A program made the position numbers and the translations under genes. Shown one piece after another: positions 23,840-36,556 of a stretch of 64,000 bases of DNA. Source of the DNA: Octopus sinensis (taxonomy: Eukaryota); assembly GCF_006345805.1 (NCBI RefSeq), contig NC_043023.1, forward strand, positions 14,570,001 through 14,634,000, given 5' to 3'. How positions within the stretch are numbered: the stretch's first letter is position 1; each line of letters begins with the position of its first letter. The notes below the pieces were generated by a model. That model was given only the letters and a program-made list of their open reading frames with translations, had not been told where the DNA came from and searched no databases.

Positions 23840-24656
23840 GACAGGCTTTTTTCAGTTTCCATCTACCAAATCCACTCACAAGGCATTGGTCGGCCCGGGG
23901 CTATAGTAGAAGACACTTGCTCAAGGTGCCACACAGTGGGACTGAACCCGGAACCATGTGGTTCGTTAGCAAACTACTTGCCACACAGCCACTCCTGCGC
24001 CTAATAATAATAATAATAATAATTTGTTTCTTTACTACCCACAAGGGGCTAAACACGGACGGGACAAACAAAGACAGACAAACGGATTAAGTCGATTATA
24101 TCGACCCCAGTGCGTAACTGGTACTTAATTTATCGACCCCCGAAAGGATGAAAGGCAAAGTCGACCTCGGTGACTTTCTGTTATAGGTTCAAGGCCTGAA
24201 ATATCGATAACAATGCGTAAAATAATAATAGTAATAACAACAACAACTTTGTTATTAAACACTCGCATTCACACAGGACGGGGCTTCTTTCCAGTTTCCA
24301 AGTACCAAATCCACCCGCAATGTACTTTGCCCACGGTACCAGACAATGCTACTCGAACCAGGAACCATGTGGTTGAGACGTAAGACTTCTTAACACACGA
24401 CCACGCCTGCGTCGGAATACGAAAAGTAATCCAATTTACTCTCTCTCATATACACACACACACACATTTTTCGATTGTGGGGCATAAGTACGAAGACCTG
24501 CTGGGTGGAGGGTAAAGAATACGCGCGCCACCCGTTTCTGGCGTAACCCCAAACCGAACCCTAACCGCCGTGTTTGCGTATTTCTTTACCTACGCTGATT
24601 GCTGTATGTACATCGTTCGCACCTGTATATCCACTGTATATATTTGGAAGAAAATA

Positions 24657-25056
24657 TCTTTATATATAAAAAGTGAAGTTGTGTGTCTGTCTCCTACGAT
24701 TTAGATTCCTAACTACTCCCACATTTTGCGGTGCAGTTTAACCAAAACCGGGTATCTTATAGTCGTGATTCATATCGAGTCCTTCTGGGTATTAGCGCGC
24801 GTCTACGATGAGTCTACGATTTTAAAAATAATTTACCATAATTTTTTTTCCATTTTAATGCATTTTTTCGCTATTATATAAGGGAAGTAACTCTAAAAAT
24901 GTCTACGATGAGTCAACGATTTAAGAAAAAAATTACCATAATTTTTTTTCCATTTTTAATGCATTTTTTTGCTATTCTTTTTGGCTATAACTCTCTAAAA
25001 ATGCTTATATAGTTATTTCCCTTACAAACCCGAGCAACGCCGGGCGATACTGCTAG
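24657..25056 (+). mobile_element. Non-autonomous Helitron (subfamily 1), second copy
   Basis: Same termini and internal sequence as 15760-16110; A|TC...CTAG|T. Confidence 0.85.
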
Positions 25057-25992
25057 TATATGATAAACGGGTGGAAATCGAAGGCCTTAAGACAATATTA
25101 GGCGATCCTTCGTCTCCCCAGACACAATATAATCTATGCGCTTATTTGCTTAGCTTTTATTTTACACTCCCGTCTTTACAGCAATTTTCTTTCTGCGTAT
25201 CTACCCTCGTTCATTACTTCCTGTATTTTTTTACAGAACTCTTATATAAGAAAATACGACTTATCCATTGTCTGGGGGGTTGTTTAACGTTTCTCCTTCT
25301 CTGGGACTTTAAGAGTACCGGTTTTTTTGGGTTTTTTTTTAAGGGGAAACGGATCGAACTCATATACTCTCCCGTCTTATCTATCTCAGCTTCTAACTCG
25401 CTTTTTTTGAGTTTTGGTTTTCGTTTTATTTCCGTTTTAGTTCGTTAAAATATCATCGCACCTTGGTTATTAATTTGTTTCGTTTTTATGATGGATTGAA
25501 AATTTTATCCTATTTTGTTCGAGTGTGTAAGATATGATTGATTGATTGATTCATTCTAGTTTCAGCTTATGAGCTGTGGCCATGCTGGGGCACCGCCATT
25601 ATCTATATATATAGGGTAAATGTTTTTTATTTTTCATTCCCTTTCAGAATTACAACTATTAGTGGTTTGTAGTTTAACTACTATTTCTAGCGAGTCAAAT
25701 GTCCTATTATGGCCATCTCTTATGCGTTTAAATGTACACTATGTAGTTGAACTAGGGACAGCTGATAAAGGGGATTTTTCCTTGTGTAGTTTGTCTAGTA
25801 CTCTGTTTTTTTCTTTGTAAAAAAAAAAGGTCCGTTCCATGCTTGTTTTTACGTTTTGGTTCCCGTTGAGTTCTGCGTCTATTTGTGGTGTCCTGTACTC
25901 ACGTATATATATTTATATATGCATGTATATATACATGTAGATGTAGGTACGTACATATATGTATGTATGTACTGCATATATTTTATTTATTA

Positions 25993-26034
<42 letters not shown>

Positions 26035-27395
26035 CTTATGCACATCGTGTATTGGGTGTAAGAATTTCGTTTTGTGGCCACGTGGGTGTGTGTATGTATG
26101 TATATATATATATATATATATATATGGTGTGAGAGATTTCCCCAAAATTCTAAGATGTGGATCTTCTATAAACGCATGTATCTGTGTACACATACGCTCT
26201 CTCTCTCTCTCTCTCTCGCTTTCCCTCTCCGTACGTGTGTGTATGTGGAAAGCTTTTGATTAGGGATCCACAGTATGTCATAGGAATCTTCGCATGTATT
26301 ATAGTTAATTTAGGGTGCTTCAGTAGCCACCCCTATCCCGACAAGACGTCGTATTCCTCGAACAGAAAGACGGAATCCAGATAGTCTTTCACCAGAATAA
26401 CAGACAACTGGATCATTCCTATCTCTCTCTCTCTCTCTCTGACCTCTTCGGTTTAAATAAATTATTGCACTTTTACTTTGGTATTGAGTGCTTTAGCTGG
26501 AAAATTTATCAGTATTTTTAGTAGAATACATGTTTATTAAACTTTTACAAGGCGTAGGAATGGCTGTGTGGTAAGTAGCTTGCTTACGAACCACATGGTT
26601 CCGGGTTCAGTCCCACTGCATGGCACCTTGAGGCAAGTGTCTTCTACTATAGCCTCGGGCCGACCAAAGTGAATTTGGTAGACGGAAACTGAAAGAAGCC
26701 CGTCGTATATATATATATGTATGTTTGTGTGTCTGTTTGTCCCCTTAGCGGTTCGGCAAAAGAGACTGATAGAATAAGTACCAGGCTTACAATGAGTAAG
26801 TCTAGGGGACAAAATTCCTGCCTTTCACAAACTGAAAGTAGCCTGTCGTATATATATATAAATTACCGAAGTTATTCTTGTTGCTTATATACATATGTGT
26901 GTATGTTTGTGTGTCTGTGTTTGTACCCCCGCTTGACAACTGATGGTGTTGTGTTTACGTCCCTGTAACTTAGCGGTTCGGCCAAAGAGACCGATAGAAT
27001 AAGTACTAGGCTTACAAAGAATAAGTCCTGGGGGGTCGATTTGCTCGACTAAAGGTGGTGCCCCAGCATGGCAACAGCCAAATGACTGAAACAAGTAAAA
27101 GAATAAAAGAATAAGAACACTTCTTACCACACAGCCATATATATATATATATATATCTATATATATGTATGTATGTATAACTTTTTAAAATCCATATACT
27201 CTTTACTCTTTTACTTGTTTCAGTCATTTGACTGCGGCCATGCTGGAGCACTGCATTCAGTCAAGCAAATCGACCCCGGGACTTATTCTTTTGTAAGCCC
27301 AGTACTTATTCTATCGGTCTCTTTTGCCGAACCGCTAAGTAACGGGGACATAAACACACCAGCATTGGTTGTCAAGCAATGCTAGGGGGACAGAA

Positions 27396-27446
<51 letters not shown>

Positions 27447-28082
27447 CGACGGGCTTCTTTCAGTTTCCGTCTACCAAATCCACTCACAAGGCTTTGGTCA
27501 GCCCAAGGCTATAGTAGAAGAAACTTGCCCAAGGTGCCACGCAGTGGGACTGAACCCAGAACCATGTGGTTGGTAAACAAGCTACTTACCACACAGCCAC
27601 TCCTGCGCCTATGTATGTGTGTGACAGAAAATACAACTCAGGCGTATTTATAGCCAAACCTACACAAGTGTGCCCCTCCCTGACTTTGTTTCCTCATAAC
27701 TTCCAGAAAAATGGATATTTTTTAACGAAATTTTCTACAGATACGCTTCTGATGGTTTAGATTCCGATTATATCGGAATTCGTTGTGAAAGAAAATTTTC
27801 CGACGGTTGGGGAGATGAGTTTCTGAAAATTCGCACGAGTCAGTTTGGCTTCCTAATAACCTTCAGAAAAATTCTTTCTTTTATTGCTAAAAATACTTTT
27901 CAGAACGTGTAAATTACGTTCGTATCAGAATTTGCTGTGAAAAGAAAAATAGTAAGCTCGTAGACACATACATTCTGACACATCATCATTTGCCACCGAA
28001 ATATTTAGTTTCATTTTGTAGAATTTATATATATATATATGTTGTGTACGGGCTCACCAAGTGGTTTATTTTTATTTATTTA

Positions 28083-28706
28083 CTAGCAGTATCGCCCAGG
28101 GTTGCTCGGGTTTTGTTTTCTTTTCAACCCTTTAGAATTGGAATTTTTGAAAAGTAAAGATTTTGCATTATGTAGCTTGTTATTCTCTTTAAGTGAATAT
28201 TTTTCTGGTTGAAATACACCGAAAAATGACGACACACCAGTCAAAAAATCGTAAAAAATAAGGATTTTCATAGATAAAAAGCACCTTTTTGATGTAAATA
28301 ATTTTTGGTGTTAACATGGTCCGATTTGAATTTTTACTTCTACGGAATGAAGAGCAAGCCTTCTTCTATCATACTCTCAATTTTGGTCAAGTTGCACCAC
28401 AGGGTTTCGGGGGAGATGGTGTTAGTTGAAGGCTACCAAACCTGCCATACACAGACAACTTCAGCTTTATAAATAGTAAAAAATAGGGATTTACATAGAA
28501 AAAAAGCACCTTTTTGATGTAAATAATTTTTGGTATTAACATGGTCCGATTTGAATTTTTACTTCTACGGAATGAAGAGCAAGCCTTCTTCTATCATACT
28601 CTCAATTTTGGTCAACTTGCGCTTAAGGGTCTCGGGGGAGATAGTGTTAGTTGAAGGCTACCAAACCTGCCATACACAGACAACTTCAGCTTTATATATA
28701 GAGAGA
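28083..28706 (-). mobile_element. Non-autonomous Helitron (subfamily 2) with two ~225-bp internal units
   Basis: Minus strand: A|TCTCTATATATAAAGCTGAAGTTG...CCCGAGCAACCCTGGGCGATACTGCTAG|T. Confidence 0.8.
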
Positions 28707-29171
28707 TTTTCGTCCGTGTTAAATTCTGATATATTTGTAGAAAATTTGGTTAATGTTTACAACTTGACCCGGAAACGAAAATCAGAAGAAAAAAAAAAAT
28801 AGTGTATGAAACGAATATGAAAAAAAATGCGCGCAAAGCAACGGAACGGTGGGGAGAGGACCTTGGAAAATTCAAGTTTCTTCCTCTCATAACTTTTAGG
28901 AAAATGGGGTTTTTTTTTGTTTTTTCAATGGAATTTTATATAAATACTTTTCAAACAGCATACATTACGATTATAAAGAAATTTGTGGGGAAAATCTTTT
29001 CCAATGGGGTAGGGAGAGGACTTCGGAAAATTCACTTGCACGTTAATTTCACGGGCAGGCTGTTCCGTTGATCGGATCAACTTGAACACTCGTCGTTGCA
29101 ATCGACGGTGTATTTATCAACTCTGTTATAACTGTAAACCCTTTTAATCATTCTGTACTTCTGTCGATTAA

Positions 29172-32100
29172 TCTCTCTATATATAAAGTTGAAGTTGTCT
29201 GTGTATGGCAGGTTTGGTAGCCTTCAACTAACACTATCTCCCCCGAGACCCTGCGGCGCAAGTTGACCAAAATTGAGAGTATGATAGAAGAAGGCTTGCT
29301 CTTCGTTCCGTAGGTGATAAAATTCAAATCGGACACATGTTAATACCAAAAATTATTTACATCAAAAAGGTGCTTTTTTTCTATGTAAATCCCTATTTTT
29401 TACTATTTATAAAGTTGAAGTTGTCTGTGTGTGGCAGGTTTGGTAGCCTTCAACTAACACTATCTCCCCCGAGACCCTTAAGCGCAAGTTGACCAAAATT
29501 GAGAGTATGATAGAAGAAGGCTTGCTCTTCGTTCCGTAGGTGATAAAATTCAAATCGGACCATGTTAAGACCGAAAATTATTTACATCAAAAAGGTGCTT
29601 TTTTTCTATGTAAATCCCTATTTTTTACTATTTATAAAGTTGAAGTTGTCTGTGTGTGGCAGGTTTGGTAGCCTTCAACTAACACTATCTCCCCCGAGAC
29701 CCTTAAGCGCAAGTTGACCAAAATTGAGAGTATGATAGAAGAAGGCTTGCTCTTAGTTCGTAGGAGATAAAATTCAAATCGGACAATGTTAATACCAAAA
29801 ATATTTACATCAAAAAGGTGCTTTTTTCTATGTAAATCCTATTTTTTACTATTTATAAAGTTGAAGAAGTTGTCTGTGTGTGGCAGGTTTGGTAGCCTTC
29901 AACTAACACTATCTCCCCCGAGACCCTTAAGCGCAAGTTGACCAAAATTGAGAGTATGATAGAAGAAGGCTTGCTTTAGTTCCGTAGGAGATAAAATTCA
30001 AATCGGACACGTTAATACCAAAAATTATTTACATCAAAAAGGTGCTTTTTTCTATGTAAATCCCTATTTTTTACTATTTATAAAGTTGAAGTTGTCTGTG
30101 TATGGAGGTTTGGTAGCCTTCAACTAACACTATCTCCCCGAGACCCTGCGGCGCAAGTTGACCAAAATTGAGAGTATGATAGAAGAAGGCTTGCTCTTAG
30201 TTCCGTAGGAGATAAAATTCAAATCGGACACATGTTAATACCAAAAATTATTTACATCAAAAAGGTGCTTTTTTCTATGTAAATCCCTTTTTTTACTATT
30301 TATAAAGTTGAAGTTGTCTGTGTATGGCAGGTTTGGTAGCCTTCAACTAACACTATCTCCCCCGAGACCCTGCGGCGCAAGTTGACCAAAATTGAGAGTA
30401 TGATAGAAGAAGGCTTGCTCTTAGTCCGTAGGAGATAAAATTCAAATCGGACACATGTTAATACCAAAAATTATTTACATCAAAAAGGTGCTTTTTTTCT
30501 ATGTAAATCCCTATTTTTTACTATTTATAAAGTTGAAGTTGTCTGTGTGTGGCAGGTTGGTAGCCTTCAACTAACACTATCTCCCCCGAGACCTTAAGCG
30601 CAAGTTGACCAAAATTGAGAGTATGATAGAAGAAGGCTTGCTCTTAGTTCCGTAGGAGATAAAATTCAAATCGGACACATGTTAATACCAAAAATTATTT
30701 ACATCAAAAAGGTGCTTTTTTTCTATGTAAATCCCTATTTTTTACTATTTATAAAGTTGAAGTTGTCTGTGTATGGCAGGTTTGGTAGCCTTCAACTAAC
30801 ACTATCTCCCCCGAGACCCTGCGGCGCAAGTTGACCAAAATTGAGAGTATGATAGAAGAAGGCTTGCTCTTAGTTCCGTAGGAGATAAAATTCAAATCGG
30901 ACACATGTTAATACCAAAAATTATTTACATCAAAAAGGTGCTTTTTTCCTATGTAAATCCCTATTTTTTACTATTTATAAAGTTGAAGTTGTCTGTGTGT
31001 GGCAGGTTTGGTAGCCTTCAACTAACACTATCTCCCCCGAGACCCTGCGGCGCAAGTTGACCAAAATTGAGAGTATGATAGAAGAAGGTTTGCTCTTCGT
31101 TCCGTAGGTGATAAAATTCAAATCGGACCATGTTAACACCAAAAATTATTTACATCAAAAAGGTGCTTTTTTTCTATGTAAATCCCTATTTTTTACTATT
31201 TATAAAGTTGAAGTTGTCTGTGTGTGGCAGGTTTGGTAGCCTTCAACTAACACTATCTCCCCCGAGACCCTTAAGCGCAAGTTGACCAAAATTGAGAGTA
31301 TGATAGAAGAAGGCTTGCTCTTAGTTCCGTAGGAGATAAAATTCAAATCGGACACATGTTAATACCAAAAATTATTTACATCAAAAAGGTGCTTTTTTTC
31401 TATGTAAATCCCTATTTTTTACTATTTATAAAGTTGAAGTTGTCTGTGTGGCAGGTTTGGTAGCCTTCAACTAACACTATCTCCCCCGAGACCCTGCGGC
31501 GCAAGTTGACCAAAATTGAGAGTATGATAGAAGAAGGCTTGCTCTTCGTTCCGTAGGTGATAAAATTCAAATCGGACCATGTTAACACCAAAAATTATTT
31601 ACATCAAAAAGGTGCTTTTTTTCTATGTAAATCCCTATTTTTTACTATTTATAAAGTTGAAGTTGTCTGTGTGGCAGGTTTGGTAGCCTTCAACTAACAC
31701 TATCTCCCCCGAGACCCTGCGGCGCAAGTTGACCAAAATTGAGAGTATGATAGAAGAAGGCTTGCTCTTAGTTCCGTAGGAGATAAAATTCAAATCGGAC
31801 ACATGTTAATACCAAAAATTATTTACATCAAAAAGGTGCTTTTTTTCTATGTAAATCCCTATTTTTTACTATTTATAAAGTTGAAGTTGTCTGTGTGTGG
31901 CAGGTTTGGTAGCCTTCAACTAACACTATCTCCCCCGAGACCCTTAAGCGCAAGTTGACCAAAATTGAGAGTATGATAGAAGAAGGCTTGCTCTTCGTTC
32001 CGTAGGTGATAAAATTCAAATCGGACCATGTTAACACCAAAAATTATTTACATTAAAAAGGTGCTTTTTTTTTTTCTAAGAAAATCCCTATTTTTTAACG

Positions 32101-32256
32101 ATTTTTTCACTGCTGTGTCGTCATTTTTCGGTGTATTTCGACCAGAAAAATGTTCACTTAAAGAGAATAACAAGCTACATAATGCAAAGTACTTTTCAAA
32201 AATTCCAATTCTAAAGGGTCGAAACAAACCCGAGCAACGCCGGGCGATACTGCTAT
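29172..32256 (+). mobile_element. Non-autonomous Helitron (subfamily 2) carrying a 13-copy ~225-bp tandem array
   Basis: A|TCTCTCTATATATAAAGTTGAAG start; unit starts near 29183, 29408, 29633, 29854, 30080, 30301, 30526, 30750, 30976, 31201, 31427, 31650, 31874; 3' hairpin CCCGAGCAACGCCGGG followed by CTAT (variant of CTAG). Confidence 0.85.
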
Positions 32257-32991
32257 TAATAAATAAATGTGCGTTATTTTGTAATAACCAAAGTACTATA
32301 CGACATTAATTGAATCGCTTTTAATTGGTTTAGCAAAAATTACAAACTCCCTCATTTGCTCGTTACGTATTATTTACACTTCATCACACGTTTGAAATCC
32401 CCGATATTTTCATGTTTATAAAGTATACCAGCAAACGATTATTAATTCTGCTTAATTAATCTTTTAAGTAGGACGACGATTTATTTTCTAGACTGGGTGA
32501 ACGAAGCAATCGTAATGTATCTTACATCGGTCCTTTTTTTTTTTGACCGGATGTCGTTATTTACTTCCCTATTCAACAACATAACCTTAATACAAATAAA
32601 TATATATTTGTGGTGCACCTGAGCACTGTATATAATAATTTCATTATTATTATTATTGGCGATCCTTCGGTATAGGTACCGGAAGTGGCTTTGTTTACAT
32701 TTCTGAAGAAAGCAGAAACCCTTTTCTCTCACCCCTAACACAAACCCATTTATATATAATAAAAAAAACACTATCTTGAAATGTATCCGGTAAGCGATTG
32801 TATGACGAGGGAAGTTCTTTTGAAGTTACCGTGCAATGTGAAGCATTGATGTACATGTGTGTGTGTGTGTGTGTTTGATGGGGTGTGGGAGACAGACAGT
32901 ATGTTGTGGAAGTGAAGTGCTTCTGTTAGTGTGCGAAGAGACAGAGTAATGTGTGAAAGAAAGAGATAACTGAAATTTTTTACTCGGTGTA

Positions 32992-33037
<46 letters not shown>

Positions 33038-34389
33038 GCCGATTCAGTGTTTACATTATTTCGAGTTAAAACGAAAGATTACCTTTGCTTTTTATGTAAC
33101 GGTCTGCTATGTAGAAAATAATGAGGTTGACTCAATGGAATAATGACAGTGATCGAAGATATAGACAAAATTTTCTTTTATTTAATCGTTATACATGCCT
33201 TGTCGACTGCTACTGTGACGATGGTGAAATGGTAAGAAAAAGACGAAAGATTGCCATTATTATTATATTTAAAGGGAATAATTAATAGATTTTTCGGCAT
33301 TCCTTCAATATAACTCGACAAAATCAAAACATTTCACTTCGGGTATTTCCGTGGGTTGCCAGCAATGTCTCATTTTGAAACTTGAAGAAAAAAAAGCCTT
33401 GCATATTTGTTCTTACCTGTTTCAGGTGTGTATGTAAAATCCGCAAATTTCCAAGCAGAAAACAGAATCAAACTGTCATTTGCTTCCACGGAAATACCCG
33501 GAGTGAAATGTTTTGATTTTGTCGAGTTATATCGAAAGAATGACAATTTTTCCCTTATGAGGCTTTTCACGCTAACTACTTGATAAGTTCGGAACACACA
33601 CACGATGAAGTGTGGCTGCATATATATATATATATATATACACACGAGGGGCTTCTTTCAGTTTCCATCTACCAAATCCACTCACAAGGCTTTGGTTTGG
33701 CCTGAGGCTATAGAAGACACTTGCCCAAGATGTCATGCAGTGGGATTGAACCCGGAACCATGTAGTTGGTAAGCAAGTTACTTACCACGCAGCCACTCCT
33801 GCACCTATCTTTTATCTTTTACTTGTTTCATTCATTTGACTGTGGTCATGCTGGAGCGCTGCCTTTAGTTGAGCATATCAACCCCAGGACTTATTCTTTG
33901 TAAGCCTAGTATGTATTCTATCCGTCTCTTTTGCCAAACCGCTAAGTTACGGGGACGTAAACACACCAGCATCCGTTGTCAAGCGATGTTGGGGGGTGGA
34001 TAAACAGACACACATACATATATACGATGGGCTTCTTTCAGTTTCCATCTACCAAATGCACTCACAAGGCTTTGGTCGGCCCGAGGCTATAGTTGAAAAC
34101 ACTTGCCCAAGGTGCCACACAGTGGGACTGAACCTGGAACCATGTGGTTGGTAAACAAGCTACTTACCACACAGCCACTCCAGCACCTACATGTATACCC
34201 TTAGTGTAGTTCTCAGGGAGATTCAGTATGACACAGAATGGGTCAAGGCTGGCCCTTTGAGCTACAGGTACTACTCATTTTTGCCAGCTGAGTGGAGTGG
34301 AGCAATGTGAAGTAAAGTGTCTTACTCAAGGACACACAAAAACTGGCCCACTGTTGGCTACGGTGGCAAGGGTTCCAGTTGACCCACTT

Positions 34390-34655
34390 CACAGCTAGCT
34401 TATGAAATTGTGAAAGTGGCTGAGTACCCCACAGACACTTGTACCCTTAATGTAGTTCTCAGGGAGATTCAGCATAACACAGTATGTGACAGGGCTGGCC
34501 CCTTTGAATTTCAGGTACAACTCATTTTCACCAGCTGAGTGAACTGGAACAAAGAAATAAAGGGTCTTGCTCAAGGGCACAACATGCCAATGGGAATTGA
34601 ACTCACGACCTTATGCTCGTAAGCCAAATACTCTAACCACTAAGCCATGTGCCTT
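34390..34655 (-). mobile_element. tRNA-derived CORE-like SINE family E
   Basis: Minus-strand head GGCACATGGCTTAGTGGTTAGAG...GAGTTCAATTCC, then GTGCCCTTGAGCAAG. Partial copies at 34195-34340 and 38237-38300. Confidence 0.6.
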
Positions 34656-36086
34656 CATACTCTAATAGAGGAAATGCATACTTTACTTTTTTTTTACTTT
34701 TTTACTTGTTTCAGCCATTTGACTGCGGCCATGCTGGAGCACCGCCTTTAGTCGAGCAAATCGACCCCGGGGCTTATTCTTTTTATAAGCCCAGTACTTA
34801 TTCTATCGGTCTCTCTTTTGCCGAACCGCTAGGTAACGGGGACGTAAACACACCAGCATCGGTTGTCAAGCAATGCTAAGGGGACAAACACAGACACACA
34901 AACATATGCACACACACTTATATATATATACATATATACGACAGGCTTCTTTCAGTTTCTGTCTACCAAATCCACTCACAAGGCATTGGTCGGCCCGGGG
35001 CTATAGCAGAAGACACTTGCCCAAGATGCCACGCAGTGGGACTGAACCCAGAACCATGTGGTTGGTAAGCAAGCTTCTTACCACACAGCCACTCCTGTGC
35101 CTGACATATAGACTTTACATGAAAATCTGCTAAAAATTAATTGGGTTTTTCTCTTTTTGCAACACTTTTCCGGTCTTCCGGTTTTGGAATATGGAATTTG
35201 TGATATTTTGTTTTGTCATTTGTGTTGAAATTTAAAACCTTACCATTCACCCTCATTATTAACTTCAGTGTGTTGAATAAATTGTAATGTATCACTGTGT
35301 GTGTGTGTGTGTATATATGTACGTATACATGTGCACACAGATATTCTTTGTATTTTTACTATGGACCCCTTTATGGACCTATTTTACTTGGATGTACCTT
35401 CCTAGACATTTGATGTTTGAAAAATCCCTAGTTTATTTTTATAATTAATTATTAATAGGAATTGCATAAAAATAATTATTGAAATATTTTGTGTATTATA
35501 AAAATATAATCAAGTTATTGCACGTAAACTGTAACAACAAAACCTTATGTGGAGCCCCCAGGGGTCATACGGACCCCAATTGAGAGGCACCGGATTAATT
35601 CAATTAACTCTTTTGTTACTGTATTTCTGTTGAGATGCTCTGTGTTTCTTTCAATTACTTTAAATATAACAAAGAATTTAGTAAAATAACTTAGTTATCA
35701 TTAAGCTAGTGTTAGGAACATAAATTGTGACCAAGATTTTAAGTCAGAACTTATGAAAATAAGACATTTTACCACAGAGCCAGAGCTGGTTTCAGCAGGG
35801 TTGGTATCAAAAGGGTTAAAAATATCATGGTTACTTTAAGCCTTTTGTTACTGTATTTCTGTTGAGATGCTCTGTGTTTCTTTCAATTAATTTTAAATAT
35901 AACAAAGAATTTAGTAAAATAGCTTAGTTATAATTAAGCTAGTGCTAGGAACATAAATTGTGAATAAGGTTTGGTGGAAGATTTTAATTAAAAACTTATG
36001 AAAGCAAAGCATTTGTACTACAAAGCCAGTTTCAGCCGGGTTGGTATCAAAAGGGTTAAGAATTGTTTCTCTATTATATATCTTAA

Positions 36087-36308
36087 CCCTTTTGTTACCA
36101 TATTTCTGTTGAGATGCTCTGTGTTTCTTTCAATTTACTTTAAATATAACAAAGAATTTAGTAAAATAACTTTGTTATCATTCATCTAGTGTTAGGAATA
36201 TAAATTGTGACTTAGGTTTGGTGGAAGATTTTAATTCAAAACTTATGTAAACAAGACATTTGTATTACAGAACCAGAGCCAGTTTCAGCCAGGTTGGTAA
36301 CGAAAGGG
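36087..36308. mobile_element. piggyBac-type MITE (TTAA TSD, CCC...GGG TIR), representative copy
   Basis: TTAA|CCCTTTTGTTACCA...TGGTAACGAAAGGG|TTAA. Other copies at ~8990-9445, 35600-36060, 43695-43916 and 54414-54623. Confidence 0.8.
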
Positions 36309-36488
36309 TTAAATGATTAACCACATGATTGACTAAATAGTCAACTGATTGGCAAATGATAAAAGAAGTGACATAGAACCAGCGTGTGTGTGTGTGTGTG
36401 TTAGTGTAATGACCTTCCCAAGACAAGAAAATTTTAATTTTAATTTTAAAATTTTTATGCTAATTAAGTCAAATTTTTCCATCCACAG

Positions 36489-36556
36489 GTGAGATTGAAC
36501 GATGTTTAAAAAAAGTGAGTGAAGGAGTTGAAACATTCGAAGATATTTGGCATAAG
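36489..36556 (+). CDS. CNOT3: CNOT3 coding exon 2 ([23 protein letters not shown])
   Basis: tttttccatccacag|GT GAG ATT GAA CGA...CAT AAG|gtgagt; 68 bp; Not3 N-terminal domain sequence. Confidence 0.95.

Noticed and set aside
24470-24620. CpG-rich patch as an internal promoter or exon
   Set aside because: Short, with no splice-site pair or ORF support; it may be a repeat fragment.
25070-25125. Possible degenerate hammerhead on the minus strand (CTGGGGA...CCTTCGATT)
   Set aside because: Both core motifs deviate from CUGANGA and GAAA; not supportable.
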